64,000 nucleotides of DNA from Dehalococcoidia bacterium (lineage in GTDB: Bacteria; Chloroflexota; Dehalococcoidia; UBA2979). Where the stretch lies: contig OZ244720.1 of assembly GCA_965219085.1 (NCBI GenBank), positions 451,684-515,683 on the forward strand, read 5' to 3'. The position numbers were made by a program, and so were the translations under genes. The stretch's first letter is position 1. Every line of letters begins with the position of its first letter. Below the pieces are notes generated by a model. It worked only from the letters and a program-made list of their open reading frames with translations. It had not been told where the DNA came from and searched no databases. Shown piece after piece: positions 38,338 through 48,284 of this stretch.

Positions 38338-39720
38338 ATGGGGGGCATCTTCCTCAACGCGCTGCTCGAACAGGGGTACCAGCACGAGCACGGCCTCTAC
38401 GCCGTGAACCCGAAGATGACCGAAGTGCGGGGCGTCACCTGCTACCCGAGCCTCCTCGCCTGCCCCGACCCGGTTGACCACGTCATCTCGCAGATCCCCT
38501 CCGAGGGGCTCCCCGAGTTGGTCGAGCAGTGCATCGCGAAGGGCGTGCGCTCGCTCCACTCGTTCACGGCGGGCCTCGCCGAGACGGGCGACCCGCAGCT
38601 CGTCGCGCAGGAGCGCGATATGGTGCAGCGCGCCAACGCTGCCGGGATGCGCCTGATCGGCCCGAACTGCATGGGGCTGTACGTCCCCGGCGTGGGCCTC
38701 GGCTTCAACCCGCGCTCGCCGAGTGAGCCGGGCAACGTGTTCTTGCTCTCGCAGTCGGGCGCCAACGCCGGCGGGATCATCGACGGCCTCGGGCGGCGCG
38801 GGCTGCGCTTCTCCAAGGGCGTCTCCTACGGCAATGCCGCCGACCTCAAGTCGCACGATTTCCTCGACTACGCGCTGCACGACCCGCAGACCGAGCTCAT
38901 CGTCGCCTACGTCGAGGGGCCTCGTAACGGCCGCGCGTTCTTCGATGCCCTCAAGAAGCTGGCGCGCGTGAAGCCGACGATCGTGCTCAAGGGCGGCATC
39001 ACCGACGATGGCGCGCGCGCCGCGAACTCGCACACCGGCTCGCTCGCCGGCTCCATCGACGTCTTCGACGCCGTCTGCCGGCAGGCCGGGGCGGTGCGCG
39101 CGCGCACGCTCGAGGACCTGCTCGACCTCGCCGTGGCCATGACCACGGACATGCGCTACCTGCTGGGCAACAAGGTCACGCTCGTCGGCGCGGGCGGCGG
39201 CTTCGCCGTGCTCTCCACCGACCAGATGGCCATGGAGGGCCTCACGGTGCCGTGGCTGCCCGAAGCGACCCAGGAGCAACTGCGGGAGATCATCCCCATC
39301 GCCGGGACGAGCATCCGCAACCCCGTCGACGCCAACTTCGGGCGCGACCACCCGATGGACTTCAGCAGCGACACCGGCCTCACGAGGCGCGTGTTCCAGT
39401 CGATCGCCGCGGCGCACTCGACCGACCTCGTGCTCACGACCGTCGGTACGCGCTGGTACCCCGGCCAGGACCACTCGGACGCGGCACGCCAGGAGCAGCT
39501 CTCGCTGACCGCCGAGGAACTCTCGCTCATCTCGCGCGAACACCAGGTGCCGATGGCGCTGATCCTGCGCGAGGCGAGGCTGGAGGACGCGGGCGATTTC
39601 GTGCACGACCACGGCGTCGCGTCGTTCCCGTCGATCGAGCGCGCGGCGCGCGCCGCCGCGACGATCCTCGAGTGGAAGCGACGGCGCGAGGGGTTGCCGG
39701 ACTTCTTCACGTACAACTAG
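38338..39720 (+). CDS. CoA-binding / acyl-CoA synthetase (NDP-forming) alpha-like protein
   Basis: CoA-binding and ligase-CoA domains; conserved IFNPRGVAVVGVS lies in-frame upstream of this ATG, likely start ATC 38227 behind AAGGAGG. Confidence 0.8.
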   Translation: MGGIFLNALLEQGYQHEHGLYAVNPKMTEVRGVTCYPSLLACPDPVDHVISQIPSEGLPELVEQCIAKGVRSLHSFTAGLAETGDPQLVAQERDMVQRANAAGMRLIGPNCMGLYVPGVGLGFNPRSPSEPGNVFLLSQSGANAGGIIDGLGRRGLRFSKGVSYGNAADLKSHDFLDYALHDPQTELIVAYVEGPRNGRAFFDALKKLARVKPTIVLKGGITDDGARAANSHTGSLAGSIDVFDAVCRQAGAVRARTLEDLLDLAVAMTTDMRYLLGNKVTLVGAGGGFAVLSTDQMAMEGLTVPWLPEATQEQLREIIPIAGTSIRNPVDANFGRDHPMDFSSDTGLTRRVFQSIAAAHSTDLVLTTVGTRWYPGQDHSDAARQEQLSLTAEELSLISREHQVPMALILREARLEDAGDFVHDHGVASFPSIERAARAAATILEWKRRREGLPDFFTYN

Positions 39721-39838
39721 CGGTCCACGGGGAGCGGCCGCCCGCGATGCGCCGGGCCGCGGGCCCGGCGCGGCGCTGGCGTGCGTTGTGAGAACATAGA
39801 CAGCCGCTACGCCGCACACCCACCGCACACGGGAGACC

Positions 39839-41296
39839 ATGGCTCGCACGTCCACAGGCACTACGCCCCCCTCGCCCGCCGCCGATCAGCGCCGCTGCCC
39901 GCGCTGCGGGCGTGATGTGCTCAAGACCAGCATTCGCTGCCGCTTCTGCATGGTCGACCTGCGCGACACCAGGGACTACGGCCCCGTGCGCGTCAGGCGC
40001 GCGAGCGGCCGCCGGCTCCCGCAGATCCGCCACCGCTGGACGCGCCGGCGTGGGTTCATCGTCATCTTTGTCATGGTGGTGCTCTTCTACGGCGGGCGCT
40101 GGGCCTGGGACAACCACATCTCGACGCCCGCGCCGCTCCCGTTGGGGACCTCGCCCGCGATTAGCCTTCTCGAGGCGCCCTCAGCCATCTGGCCCACCCC
40201 CAACGGTGGGCTGTACCAGAACCGCGTTACCGGCGCGCGTCCCGCGCTCGGCGGCGAGGTGGCGTGGCGGATCAGCCTGCCCGAGGTGGTCTTGCGCGCC
40301 CCCGTGGCCGACGAGGAGCGCCTCTACATCACCTACCGCGACAGCTTCGGCGCCTACTCGCTCGAGGACGGCAGCGAGGTGTGGCGGATCGCCCGCCCCG
40401 GCCTGCTGAGCTCCCCGGCAATCGTCGACGACCGGTTATATCTCGCGCTGCGCAGCGGGCGCGTGCTTGGCATTGACGCGGCGACGGGCGAGTTCGAGTG
40501 GACCACGATCCTCGATGAGGAGCTGTTCACCACCCCGATCGTCTTCCGGGGCGTGCTCTACGTCTACGCACCGGGCCGCATCCACGGCCTCGACGCCGAG
40601 AACGGGGACTGGCTGTGGAGCCGGGACATTGAGGGCAGCTTCGGCGAGATCTCGCCCGTGGTCGACGAGCGCCACATCGCCCTCGCGGCCCGCAAGGCAG
40701 TCGTGCTCCTCGATCGCGAGACCGGCGTGCGCACGTTCCGCCACCCGCACACCTCGACCAGCGGGTTGGTGTTCGGCGATGGCTTCGTGTACAGCATCTC
40801 ACCGGGGTTCGCGGCCGGGATCGACCCGGAGTCGACCCTGCCGTGGTGGGAAGGCACGCGGCTGTACTGGAACTGGCTCTGGGCGTTCGGCGCGGCGCCG
40901 CGGCCGCCACGGCCGGAGGTCGAGTGGGTGTCACGCGAGCGGCCGAGCGAGCTGCGTTCGGGCACCGCCTTCACGCTCATGTTCAAGCCGGTATTCGACG
41001 GCGAGCGCATCATCACCTCGGACACCACGGGCCTGGTGCGCGCGTTCGACGGGACGAACGGCGTGCTGGTGTGGGAGACGGACCTCGACGCCGTGCACGG
41101 CCCCCCTACCGCGACGCCAGACGGCCTGCTGGTACCCCTCACCGACTCGATCGCGCTGCTCGAGATCGAGACCGGCGAGTTGCTGGCCGAACGGCAACTC
41201 GGCGCCGTCGGCACGCGCGTCAAGCGCTGGGTGGTCGTGGTGCAGCAGGGCACGTTCGTCGTCGATGCGCCGGGCTCGGCGCTGGCGTTGCGGTAG
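39839..41296 (+). CDS. PQQ-like beta-propeller repeat protein with N-terminal zinc-ribbon and TM anchor
   Basis: CPRCG...CRFC ribbon, one TM helix, repeated PQQ/BamB-like blades. Confidence 0.75.
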   Translation: MARTSTGTTPPSPAADQRRCPRCGRDVLKTSIRCRFCMVDLRDTRDYGPVRVRRASGRRLPQIRHRWTRRRGFIVIFVMVVLFYGGRWAWDNHISTPAPLPLGTSPAISLLEAPSAIWPTPNGGLYQNRVTGARPALGGEVAWRISLPEVVLRAPVADEERLYITYRDSFGAYSLEDGSEVWRIARPGLLSSPAIVDDRLYLALRSGRVLGIDAATGEFEWTTILDEELFTTPIVFRGVLYVYAPGRIHGLDAENGDWLWSRDIEGSFGEISPVVDERHIALAARKAVVLLDRETGVRTFRHPHTSTSGLVFGDGFVYSISPGFAAGIDPESTLPWWEGTRLYWNWLWAFGAAPRPPRPEVEWVSRERPSELRSGTAFTLMFKPVFDGERIITSDTTGLVRAFDGTNGVLVWETDLDAVHGPPTATPDGLLVPLTDSIALLEIETGELLAERQLGAVGTRVKRWVVVVQQGTFVVDAPGSALALR

Positions 41297-41326
41297 CTGT
41301 GTGAACGAGCGCGAGGAGCCACGCAC

Positions 41327-42568
41327 ATGCTGAGCGCAACGGACGCAGCCCCGCCGAGGCGCTACCGCTTCGTGGTCGAGGGCACCCTGCTGTGGGTGCA
41401 GATCGCCATGGGGCTCAGCTTCATCGCGGTTGCCCCGCTCTTCCCGCTGATCATCGATGAGTACGGCGTCGACAACGCGACCGCGAGCCTGCTCATCGGT
41501 GGCACCGCGCTGGCGTTCGCGATTTCGACGATCCCGGGCGGCCTCGTCGCGGCGCGCTTCGGCTGGTGGCGCGCGACGTTCTTCGGCGGCCTGCTGATGT
41601 CGTCGATGGTGTTCTCGCCGTTCGCCGCGAACTTCGCGATGCTGCTCGGGCTGCGGCTCGCCTTCGCCGTCGGGGGCGCGACCGTGATGGGCGCGCTGCC
41701 GTCGGCGGTGATGAGCTGGTTCCCGATGCGCGAGCTGCCTGTGGTCAACGGCACGAACATCGTCGGACAGAGCGTGGGTGTCACCGTGTCCGTGTTCTCG
41801 GTCGCGTTCATCGCCGAACTCGTCGGGTGGCGCGAGTCGCTCATGCTGTTCGGCTTTGTGGGGCTCACCGGGGTATGTGTGTTCGCGCTGTTCGCGCGGA
41901 GTCCCGAGCGGCCGGCCGGCGCGCCGGTGCGCCCGCCCGTCTCGTTCGCCCTGCTGGGCTCGGTCGCACGCGACCGACCGACGCTGCTGCTTGGCATCGG
42001 CGTCGCGGGCGTCGTGGGGGCGTTCATCGGCCTCAACGCGTGGCTGCCGACGTACTACCAGGAGGAGTTCGGGTTCACGCTGGAGCGCTCCGGGCAGGTG
42101 GTGGCGATCCCGTCGTTCTTCGGGATCATCGGCTCGCTGGTTGGTTCGTGGCTGCCCGTCATGCTCGGGCGCCGCAAGCCGCTCATCATGCTCCCGGGGT
42201 TCGTGATGCCGTTCGCCGTGATCGGCTGCTTCGTCACGGACGCGCCGTACGTGCTGTACCCGAGTCTCGCGCTGCTCGGGTTCGTGACCTGGCTCCACTT
42301 CCCCTCGGGGCTGACCTTGCTCATGGAGTTGGGTGGGGCGACGCTGGAGCGCGCCACGCTCTCCGTCGCGATGATGCTGACGGTCGGCAACATCACCGGC
42401 TTCTTCTCGCCGCTGATGGTCGGCTTCCTGCGCGATCAGACGGGCAGCTTCGGGCTCGGCTTCACCCTCTGCGCGCTGTTCCCGCTCACGCTTATCTTGG
42501 CCGGCGCGCTCCTCCCGGAAACCGGCCCCCGCGGCCGGCGACCTACTCCAGTCGCCGAGGCCTCGTAG
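41327..42568 (+). CDS. MFS transporter
   Basis: 12-TM MFS sequence. Confidence 0.8.
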   Translation: MLSATDAAPPRRYRFVVEGTLLWVQIAMGLSFIAVAPLFPLIIDEYGVDNATASLLIGGTALAFAISTIPGGLVAARFGWWRATFFGGLLMSSMVFSPFAANFAMLLGLRLAFAVGGATVMGALPSAVMSWFPMRELPVVNGTNIVGQSVGVTVSVFSVAFIAELVGWRESLMLFGFVGLTGVCVFALFARSPERPAGAPVRPPVSFALLGSVARDRPTLLLGIGVAGVVGAFIGLNAWLPTYYQEEFGFTLERSGQVVAIPSFFGIIGSLVGSWLPVMLGRRKPLIMLPGFVMPFAVIGCFVTDAPYVLYPSLALLGFVTWLHFPSGLTLLMELGGATLERATLSVAMMLTVGNITGFFSPLMVGFLRDQTGSFGLGFTLCALFPLTLILAGALLPETGPRGRRPTPVAEAS

Positions 42569-42574
42569 CCTCGC

Positions 42575-43522
42575 CTACACCACCGCGATCGGGTTCACGG
42601 GCGAGCCGGTGCCGCCGCGCACGCTCAGCGGCGCGACCATGAGCAGGAACTCCCACCGCCCTGCCTCGGCGCACGCGTCCGCGAGGTCCTCGAGGTTGGC
42701 GTTGTCCAGCAGCGGCATCCCCATGTACGGGATCACGATCTCGTGGATGGGCACCCGGATCGGCTCGCCGTCCGGCCGCTGCAGACCGATGCCCAGCGGC
42801 TGCTGACCGGCGTCGAGCAGGTCCCAGACGAGCAGCGAGGCGTCGTTGTTGTACAGGAACTCGATGGCCGAGCCATGCACGCCCGGCATGTCGTTGAACA
42901 TCCCCATCTGGAAGTCCGGCCGCGAGGCGTAGAACGCGTTCGCGCCGGAGCGCACGACCACGGCGTCGCCCGGCATCGGTTCGACGCCCTGCGCCGCGGC
43001 GATGTCCTGGAGCTCCCAGCCGTGTACGGGGGTGTCGATGGTGACGAAGTCCGTACCGCGGTAGCGCGGCACGTCGTACAGCACCGCGCGCGTGACGATG
43101 CCGTCGTGGTACGACTCGACGGAGCCGCTCCCGGCGCCGTCGAGCGTGACGTCGGAGCTGGGACGGCCGTTGTAGAGGGCATTCTCGGGCCCGGCGAAGA
43201 CGTGGCACAACGCATCGAGGTGCGTGGTGGTCCAGCCGTGGAAGTTGATGCTGATGCGGTCGCCGGAGCCCATTTCCATGACGTGCATCTCCTGCTCGAA
43301 GCCCGACACCATGCTCGAACGCGGCTCCTTGCTGATGACGAGCGAGAGCGAGATGGTGCGGCCCTGCTGCGGGAGGGTGAGGGCGTGGCGGCGCACCTCG
43401 GGCGTGATGTGGTTGAGCGTGCCGAGGTGGTCGTCGGGTCCCCAGCGCCCCCAGTTTCTGAAGCGCTCGCGGTAGGTCTCGTACTCCTCCGGGGTGGGAG
43501 GCGTGCGGTCGGCCAGGCTCAT
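42575..43522 (-). CDS. cyclase family protein (kynurenine formamidase-like)
   Basis: ATG at 43522 (MSLADRTPP) with GAGGAG RBS; upstream 66 codons of ORF are artefact. Confidence 0.8.
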   Translation of the reverse strand: MSLADRTPPTPEEYETYRERFRNWGRWGPDDHLGTLNHITPEVRRHALTLPQQGRTISLSLVISKEPRSSMVSGFEQEMHVMEMGSGDRISINFHGWTTTHLDALCHVFAGPENALYNGRPSSDVTLDGAGSGSVESYHDGIVTRAVLYDVPRYRGTDFVTIDTPVHGWELQDIAAAQGVEPMPGDAVVVRSGANAFYASRPDFQMGMFNDMPGVHGSAIEFLYNNDASLLVWDLLDAGQQPLGIGLQRPDGEPIRVPIHEIVIPYMGMPLLDNANLEDLADACAEAGRWEFLLMVAPLSVRGGTGSPVNPIAVV

Positions 43523-43620
43523 CGCGTGCTCCTCTGCGCTGCGGCCGGGATTCGGCGCGGCGACGGTATCACGGGGGTCGAAACGAGTGGGATACTCGCG
43601 ACCGCGAGGGGAGCGAGCGT

Positions 43621-44325
43621 GTGAGTAAGGTGGTCGGTCTCGACGGGTGCCCAGACGGGTGGATCGCCGCTGTGATAGAGGACGGCCGACTCGCGTGTTT
43701 CGAGTTCCACGAGGCAGCACGAGCGGCGCTCGATGCTCACCCGGGCGCTGCGGTGTTCGCGTTCGACATCCCGGTTGGTCTCAGTGCGGGCGGGAGACGG
43801 GAAGCTGACGAAGCTGCGCGCCGCTTTCTGCGCGGGCGCGCGAGTAGCGTGTTCAACGCACCTCCACGCCTCGTCCTCGACATTGCGAGTTCGGCTGTTG
43901 GGGCCAAGAGCCGTGCGGAAGCCTATGCCGAGGCGAACGAGGCAACCAGGCAAGTGAGCGGGCGCGGCCTATTCAGCCAGAGCTTCGCCCTCGCAATGAA
44001 GATTACCGATGTGGACCTCGTGTCGGGAGACCCCCGAGTCTTCGAGGCGCATCCCGAGGTCACATTCGCCGAACTCTCGAATCGCGAGACCCTGGATGGA
44101 GAGCAGCGCGCGGCGCTGCATGAGCCCATCCCACGTCTTCTTGCGGGGGAGCAGCCGTCCGCTCCCGACGTGGTCGGGGATGTAAGCGCGAAGGCCGCGG
44201 CGGACGACATCGTCGATGCGGTCGCCTGCGCGTGGACGGCGGGGCGCATCGCCGTCGGCGCTGCGCGCTCGTTGCCCGACCCGCCGGAACGGATCGACGG
44301 GCGCGAGGTGGCGATCTGGTGCTAG
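43621..44325 (+). CDS. DUF429 domain protein
   Basis: MSKVVGLDGCPDGWIAA N-terminus typical of DUF429. Confidence 0.7.
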   Translation: MSKVVGLDGCPDGWIAAVIEDGRLACFEFHEAARAALDAHPGAAVFAFDIPVGLSAGGRREADEAARRFLRGRASSVFNAPPRLVLDIASSAVGAKSRAEAYAEANEATRQVSGRGLFSQSFALAMKITDVDLVSGDPRVFEAHPEVTFAELSNRETLDGEQRAALHEPIPRLLAGEQPSAPDVVGDVSAKAAADDIVDAVACAWTAGRIAVGAARSLPDPPERIDGREVAIWC

Positions 44326-44345
44326 ACGGCCGCTGACGGCCGGGC

Positions 44346-45149
44346 CTACTCGCGCGCGGGGGCGTTGGTGTCGATGAAGCGGCCGAGCGCCTCCATGTAG
44401 GGCACCTGGCCGACCCAGAGGATGGTGTTGTGGTCCCCGTACGGGATCACCACGATCTCCCGTGACGTGTCCTCCAGCAGGTTGTAGAGCTCCGCCGCCG
44501 ACTGCATCGGGACGAGTTGGTCGACCTCGCCGTGGAGCTGCATCGTCGGCAGGCGGATCGAGCGGATCTTCGCCTCGTGCGCGTCGATCAGCTCGAGCGC
44601 GGTCGCGTGCTCCGCGATGCCGAAGCGCTCGAGCATCCCCCGCACCCCCGCCGCGCCGCTCTCGATGACGACGCCACGGAAGCCCTCGGACGCGCTCGCG
44701 GCGACCTCGAGCGCGGGCGAGGCGCCCATGCTGCGGCCCATCACGAAGCGCCGCCGGTCGTAGCCGAGCTCGTCGAGCGTTGCCTGGAAGAAGGCGGCGA
44801 CGGGGCGGGCGTCGGCCGTGAGGTGCTCCATCGAGGATGTGCCGCCGCTCTTCCCGTACCCGCGGAACTCGGCGACGAAGAGGTTGATGCCGTGGTCGTA
44901 GTAGAGGCTGATGAACTGGTCGTGATCGCCGACGATCTCGCCGTTGCCGTGGAAGTAGAGGATCGTCGGGTACTCGGGCCCTGGTTGGTGGTAGAAACGC
45001 GCGCCGACCGAGACACCGGGGTCGACCTCGATCAGGTAGTCGGTGGCGCCCTCCGGCGGTCCGCCGTGATCCGGGCGTGGGAAGAACGCCATCGAGGCCG
45101 CGCCGAGGCGGTCCAGCAGGGCGTAGTCGGGTTCGTTCGCGTCGGGCAT
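44346..45149 (-). CDS. alpha/beta hydrolase
   Basis: ATG at 45149 with GAGGAGG RBS; GRSMGA nucleophile elbow; the upstream 380 codons of the 648-aa ORF are antisense of the MFS gene. Confidence 0.75.
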   Translation of the reverse strand: MPDANEPDYALLDRLGAASMAFFPRPDHGGPPEGATDYLIEVDPGVSVGARFYHQPGPEYPTILYFHGNGEIVGDHDQFISLYYDHGINLFVAEFRGYGKSGGTSSMEHLTADARPVAAFFQATLDELGYDRRRFVMGRSMGASPALEVAASASEGFRGVVIESGAAGVRGMLERFGIAEHATALELIDAHEAKIRSIRLPTMQLHGEVDQLVPMQSAAELYNLLEDTSREIVVIPYGDHNTILWVGQVPYMEALGRFIDTNAPARE

Positions 45150-45205
45150 CGCCGCCTCCTCGCGTGGTGGGGCGATGATACGTGAGCGGGTGGGTGATGG
45201 GCGGG

Positions 45206-46429
45206 CTACCAGGGCTCGTCCATCTGCGCGAACCCGCCGTGGCTCGCCTGGGCCACGGCGATCGGAGCGCGGTACGGGCGTGTCTGGCCCGTCGCGCGGC
45301 CCACGAGCAGCCACACCATCCCCACGGCGGCGAGGGCTCCAGAGGCCCAGTACACCATCGGGATGTCGAACCAGCTGGCGACGATGCCGAGCACGATGCC
45401 GCCGGCCAGCCCGCTCACGTCCCACGCGAGCTGCAGCACGGCCGTCGCGCGGCCTCGCGCGGTGTCGGCGACGCGGTCGATGGCGAGCGCCAGCAGCGCG
45501 GTGTGCGCCCCGGCGAGCCCGGCGCCGGCCATGAACCCCGCGGCGATCAGCATCAGCGGGCCGTGGGCGACCGCCAGCATCCACATCGACGCGACTGTGG
45601 CCACGAGTCCGGGCAGCGCGACCGGGACACGACCGACGCGGTCGGACGCTGCTCCGGCGACCGGCCGCACGAGCGTGGAGGCGATGCCGACGAGGAGGAA
45701 GAACAGCCCGACGTTGCCGAGATCGCGCTCCTCGCCGAGCAGCGGGAGGAAGGTGCTCGTCGCGGCGAACGAGAACGTGACGGTCATGAAGACGGTCATC
45801 GGGAACAGCGCGGGTCTCGGGAAGAGCGTGGCGCCGCCCTCGACGCCGACGCTGGAGCTCGGCGGCTCGTGCACGGGCTGCACGACCAGCAAGGTCAGGC
45901 CCGCGGTCGCTGCGGCGATGATGAAGACCATGTCGAAGCCCCACGCCGCCGCGACGGCGACGCCGATCGCCGGCGGGAACATCTGCGCGATGCCGGTCGC
46001 CATGCCGAACATCCCGACGCCCTCGCCGCGCCTCGACAGCGGCGACAGCTCGGCGATCATCGAGGCGGACGCCGTCGGGCACAGCGCCATGCCGACGCCC
46101 TGTACGATCCGCAGCAGGAACAGCGAGATGATGTCGTGGGAGAGCGTCATGAGCAGCATCGACGCCACTATCGCCAGCAGCCCGATGCGCATGATCCGCT
46201 TGCGCTGTCCGCGGTCGCTCCAGCGGCCCGCGAACGGCCGCAGTACGAGCGGCACGACGTTGAACCCGCCGACAATGATGCCGATCTGCCACTTCGCCCC
46301 GCCGATCTCGTCGATGTAGTCCGGCAGGACCGAGAGCAGGTAGAAGAAGCTGGCGAAGAAGCCAACGGTGCCCAGCAACGTCAGCGCGAAGTCGAACGTC
46401 CAGAGGCGGGGCCGGGGTGACTGGCTCAC
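45206..46429 (-). CDS. MFS transporter
   Basis: 12-TM MFS sequence. Confidence 0.8.
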   Translation of the reverse strand: MSQSPRPRLWTFDFALTLLGTVGFFASFFYLLSVLPDYIDEIGGAKWQIGIIVGGFNVVPLVLRPFAGRWSDRGQRKRIMRIGLLAIVASMLLMTLSHDIISLFLLRIVQGVGMALCPTASASMIAELSPLSRRGEGVGMFGMATGIAQMFPPAIGVAVAAAWGFDMVFIIAAATAGLTLLVVQPVHEPPSSSVGVEGGATLFPRPALFPMTVFMTVTFSFAATSTFLPLLGEERDLGNVGLFFLLVGIASTLVRPVAGAASDRVGRVPVALPGLVATVASMWMLAVAHGPLMLIAAGFMAGAGLAGAHTALLALAIDRVADTARGRATAVLQLAWDVSGLAGGIVLGIVASWFDIPMVYWASGALAAVGMVWLLVGRATGQTRPYRAPIAVAQASHGGFAQMDEPW

Positions 46430-46551
46430 CGCACCATCGTACGGCCTCGGCTGCGCAGGGGCTGCGAGGGCGCGGCGTGGCGGCTCGCTAGTATCATCGC
46501 GTCGCCGTAGTCAGCCGGGCCGCGCCGCGGGCGCGGAGAAGGGCGAGCGCC

Positions 46552-47859
46552 GTGCCGAACCCTGTCGATGAGTACCGCAACAAGCTCCGCACGCCCGAGG
46601 AGGCCGTCGCGCTCATCCCTGATGGCAGCTTCGTCTTCAAGGGCAACTGCGCGGGCGAGCCGCCCGCCCTCGTGCGGGCCGTCGCCGCTCGCGCGCGGGA
46701 CGGTGGATTCACCAACCTGCGCACGACGAGCCTGCTCCCGATGCGACCCGCCTCCGAGTCGATCCTCGCGCCCGACGTGAGCGATGTGATCCACTGGGAG
46801 TCGCTGTTCGTGAACGGCTTCGACCGCGACCTGATCGGATCCGGCGCGGCGCACTACAACCCGAACTTCTTCCACCAGGTGCCGCGGCTCATCCTCGAGT
46901 TCATGGACATCAACGTGGCGCTGATCGACGTCTCCCGCGCCGACCGGCACGGCTACATGAGCCTCGGCACGAACGTCGACACCCACAAGGCGGCGATCGA
47001 GAAGGCCGACCTCGTCATCGCCGAGGTCAACAACCACATGCCGCGCGTGCACGGCAACTCGTGGGTCCACGTCTCCGAGCTCGACGCCATCGTCGAGCAC
47101 GACGAGCCGCTGCCCGAGCTCCCGCTCGTGCCCGAGCGCCCCGAGGACGAGGCGATGGGGCGGCTGATCGCGGAGATGGTGCCCGACGGCGCAACGATCC
47201 AGCTCGGCATCGGCGGCGTCCCGAACGCCCTCGCGAACGCGCTGAACGGGCACCGCAACCTCGGGATCCACACCGAGATGTTCGTCGACGCGATGGTCGA
47301 CCTGATCGAGAGCGGCGTCGTGGACGGCTCGCAGAAGACGTTCCATCCCGGTAAGGCGGTGTACGCGTTCGCCGCGGGCTCGCGGCGCATGTACGAGTTC
47401 CTGGACGACAACCCGGGCATCGAGGCGCACCCCGTGTCCTACACGAACTTCCCGCCGAACATCGCGCGCAACGACAACATGATCTCGGTCAACTCGACGA
47501 TCGAGGTGGACCTGACGGGGCAGTGCTGCTCGGAGTCGATCGGGACGACGCAGTTCAGCGGGACGGGCGGCCAGCACGACTACGCGCGCGGCGCGTTCGA
47601 CTCGCGCGGCGGCAAGTCGATCATCGCGTTCTACTCGACGGCGAGGGGCGGCGAGGTGTCGCGCATCGTGCCGACGCTGACGCCCGGGGCGGTGGTGACG
47701 ACGCCCCGCAACGAGGTGCACTGGCTGGCGTCGGAGTACGGGCTGACGTGCCTGAAGGGCAAGTCCACACGCGAGCGCGCGATCGCCATCATCGGCCTCG
47801 CGCACCCGAAGTTCCGCGATGAGTTGACGGCGTCGGCCAAGGAGCTGGGGTACCTGTAG
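46552..47859 (+). CDS. acetyl-CoA hydrolase/transferase family protein (4-hydroxybutyrate CoA-transferase-like)
   Basis: Full-length AcetylCoA_hydro N and C domains. Confidence 0.85.
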   Translation: MPNPVDEYRNKLRTPEEAVALIPDGSFVFKGNCAGEPPALVRAVAARARDGGFTNLRTTSLLPMRPASESILAPDVSDVIHWESLFVNGFDRDLIGSGAAHYNPNFFHQVPRLILEFMDINVALIDVSRADRHGYMSLGTNVDTHKAAIEKADLVIAEVNNHMPRVHGNSWVHVSELDAIVEHDEPLPELPLVPERPEDEAMGRLIAEMVPDGATIQLGIGGVPNALANALNGHRNLGIHTEMFVDAMVDLIESGVVDGSQKTFHPGKAVYAFAAGSRRMYEFLDDNPGIEAHPVSYTNFPPNIARNDNMISVNSTIEVDLTGQCCSESIGTTQFSGTGGQHDYARGAFDSRGGKSIIAFYSTARGGEVSRIVPTLTPGAVVTTPRNEVHWLASEYGLTCLKGKSTRERAIAIIGLAHPKFRDELTASAKELGYL

Positions 47860-47884
47860 TTAGCACACATGCTAAATTCGTCCC

Positions 47885-48214
47885 ATGCGGATCGAATTCC
47901 GGGCCGACAGGCGCGGCAGGGAGCCGGTTCGCGAATACACCGAGGCGATCGCTGCGGCAGGGGAACGATCGCGGGTGGCCGCGTTCAGGCGGCTGCTCGG
48001 GTTGTTGAGTGAGCACGGTTCCGCTCGTGGGATGCCGATGGCTCGGCTGATCAATCGCCAGGAACGCGTGTACGAACTCCGATTCGGTGATCACCGCTGC
48101 GCGTACGTAGAGGATGGCCAGGCAACCGTCTTGCTGCACGCCTGGAGGAAGCAGACGCAGAAGCTGGATGCGCGCGAAGAGCGACGCGCGCTCGGGCGTC
48201 TCTCGCAGTTATGA
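47885..48214 (+). CDS. type II toxin, HigB/RelE (Gp49-like) family
   Basis: ...VYELRFGDHRCAYVEDGQATVLLHAWRKQTQK typical of Gp49/HigB. Confidence 0.65.
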   Translation: MRIEFRADRRGREPVREYTEAIAAAGERSRVAAFRRLLGLLSEHGSARGMPMARLINRQERVYELRFGDHRCAYVEDGQATVLLHAWRKQTQKLDAREERRALGRLSQL

Positions 48215-48284
48215 ACCGCGAGGCCGGGCAATTCTCGTGGATGACTTGTTGTCTTGCTCTTGCAGTGACAGAGGGAGCGATGCA

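Noticed and set aside
40931-43720. 455-aa ORF 40931..42298 - and N-terminal 66 codons of 42575..43720 -
   Set aside because: The 455-aa ORF is antisense to the PQQ/MFS genes. The cyclase gene starts at ATG 43522 with a proper RBS; the upstream part is low-complexity.
44346-46420. 648-aa ORF 44346..46292 - and ORFs 45182..46420 +, 45363..46319 +
   Set aside because: Only the C-terminal 267 codons (44346..45149) are the hydrolase; the rest overlaps the MFS gene 45206..46429 - in the wrong frame or strand.
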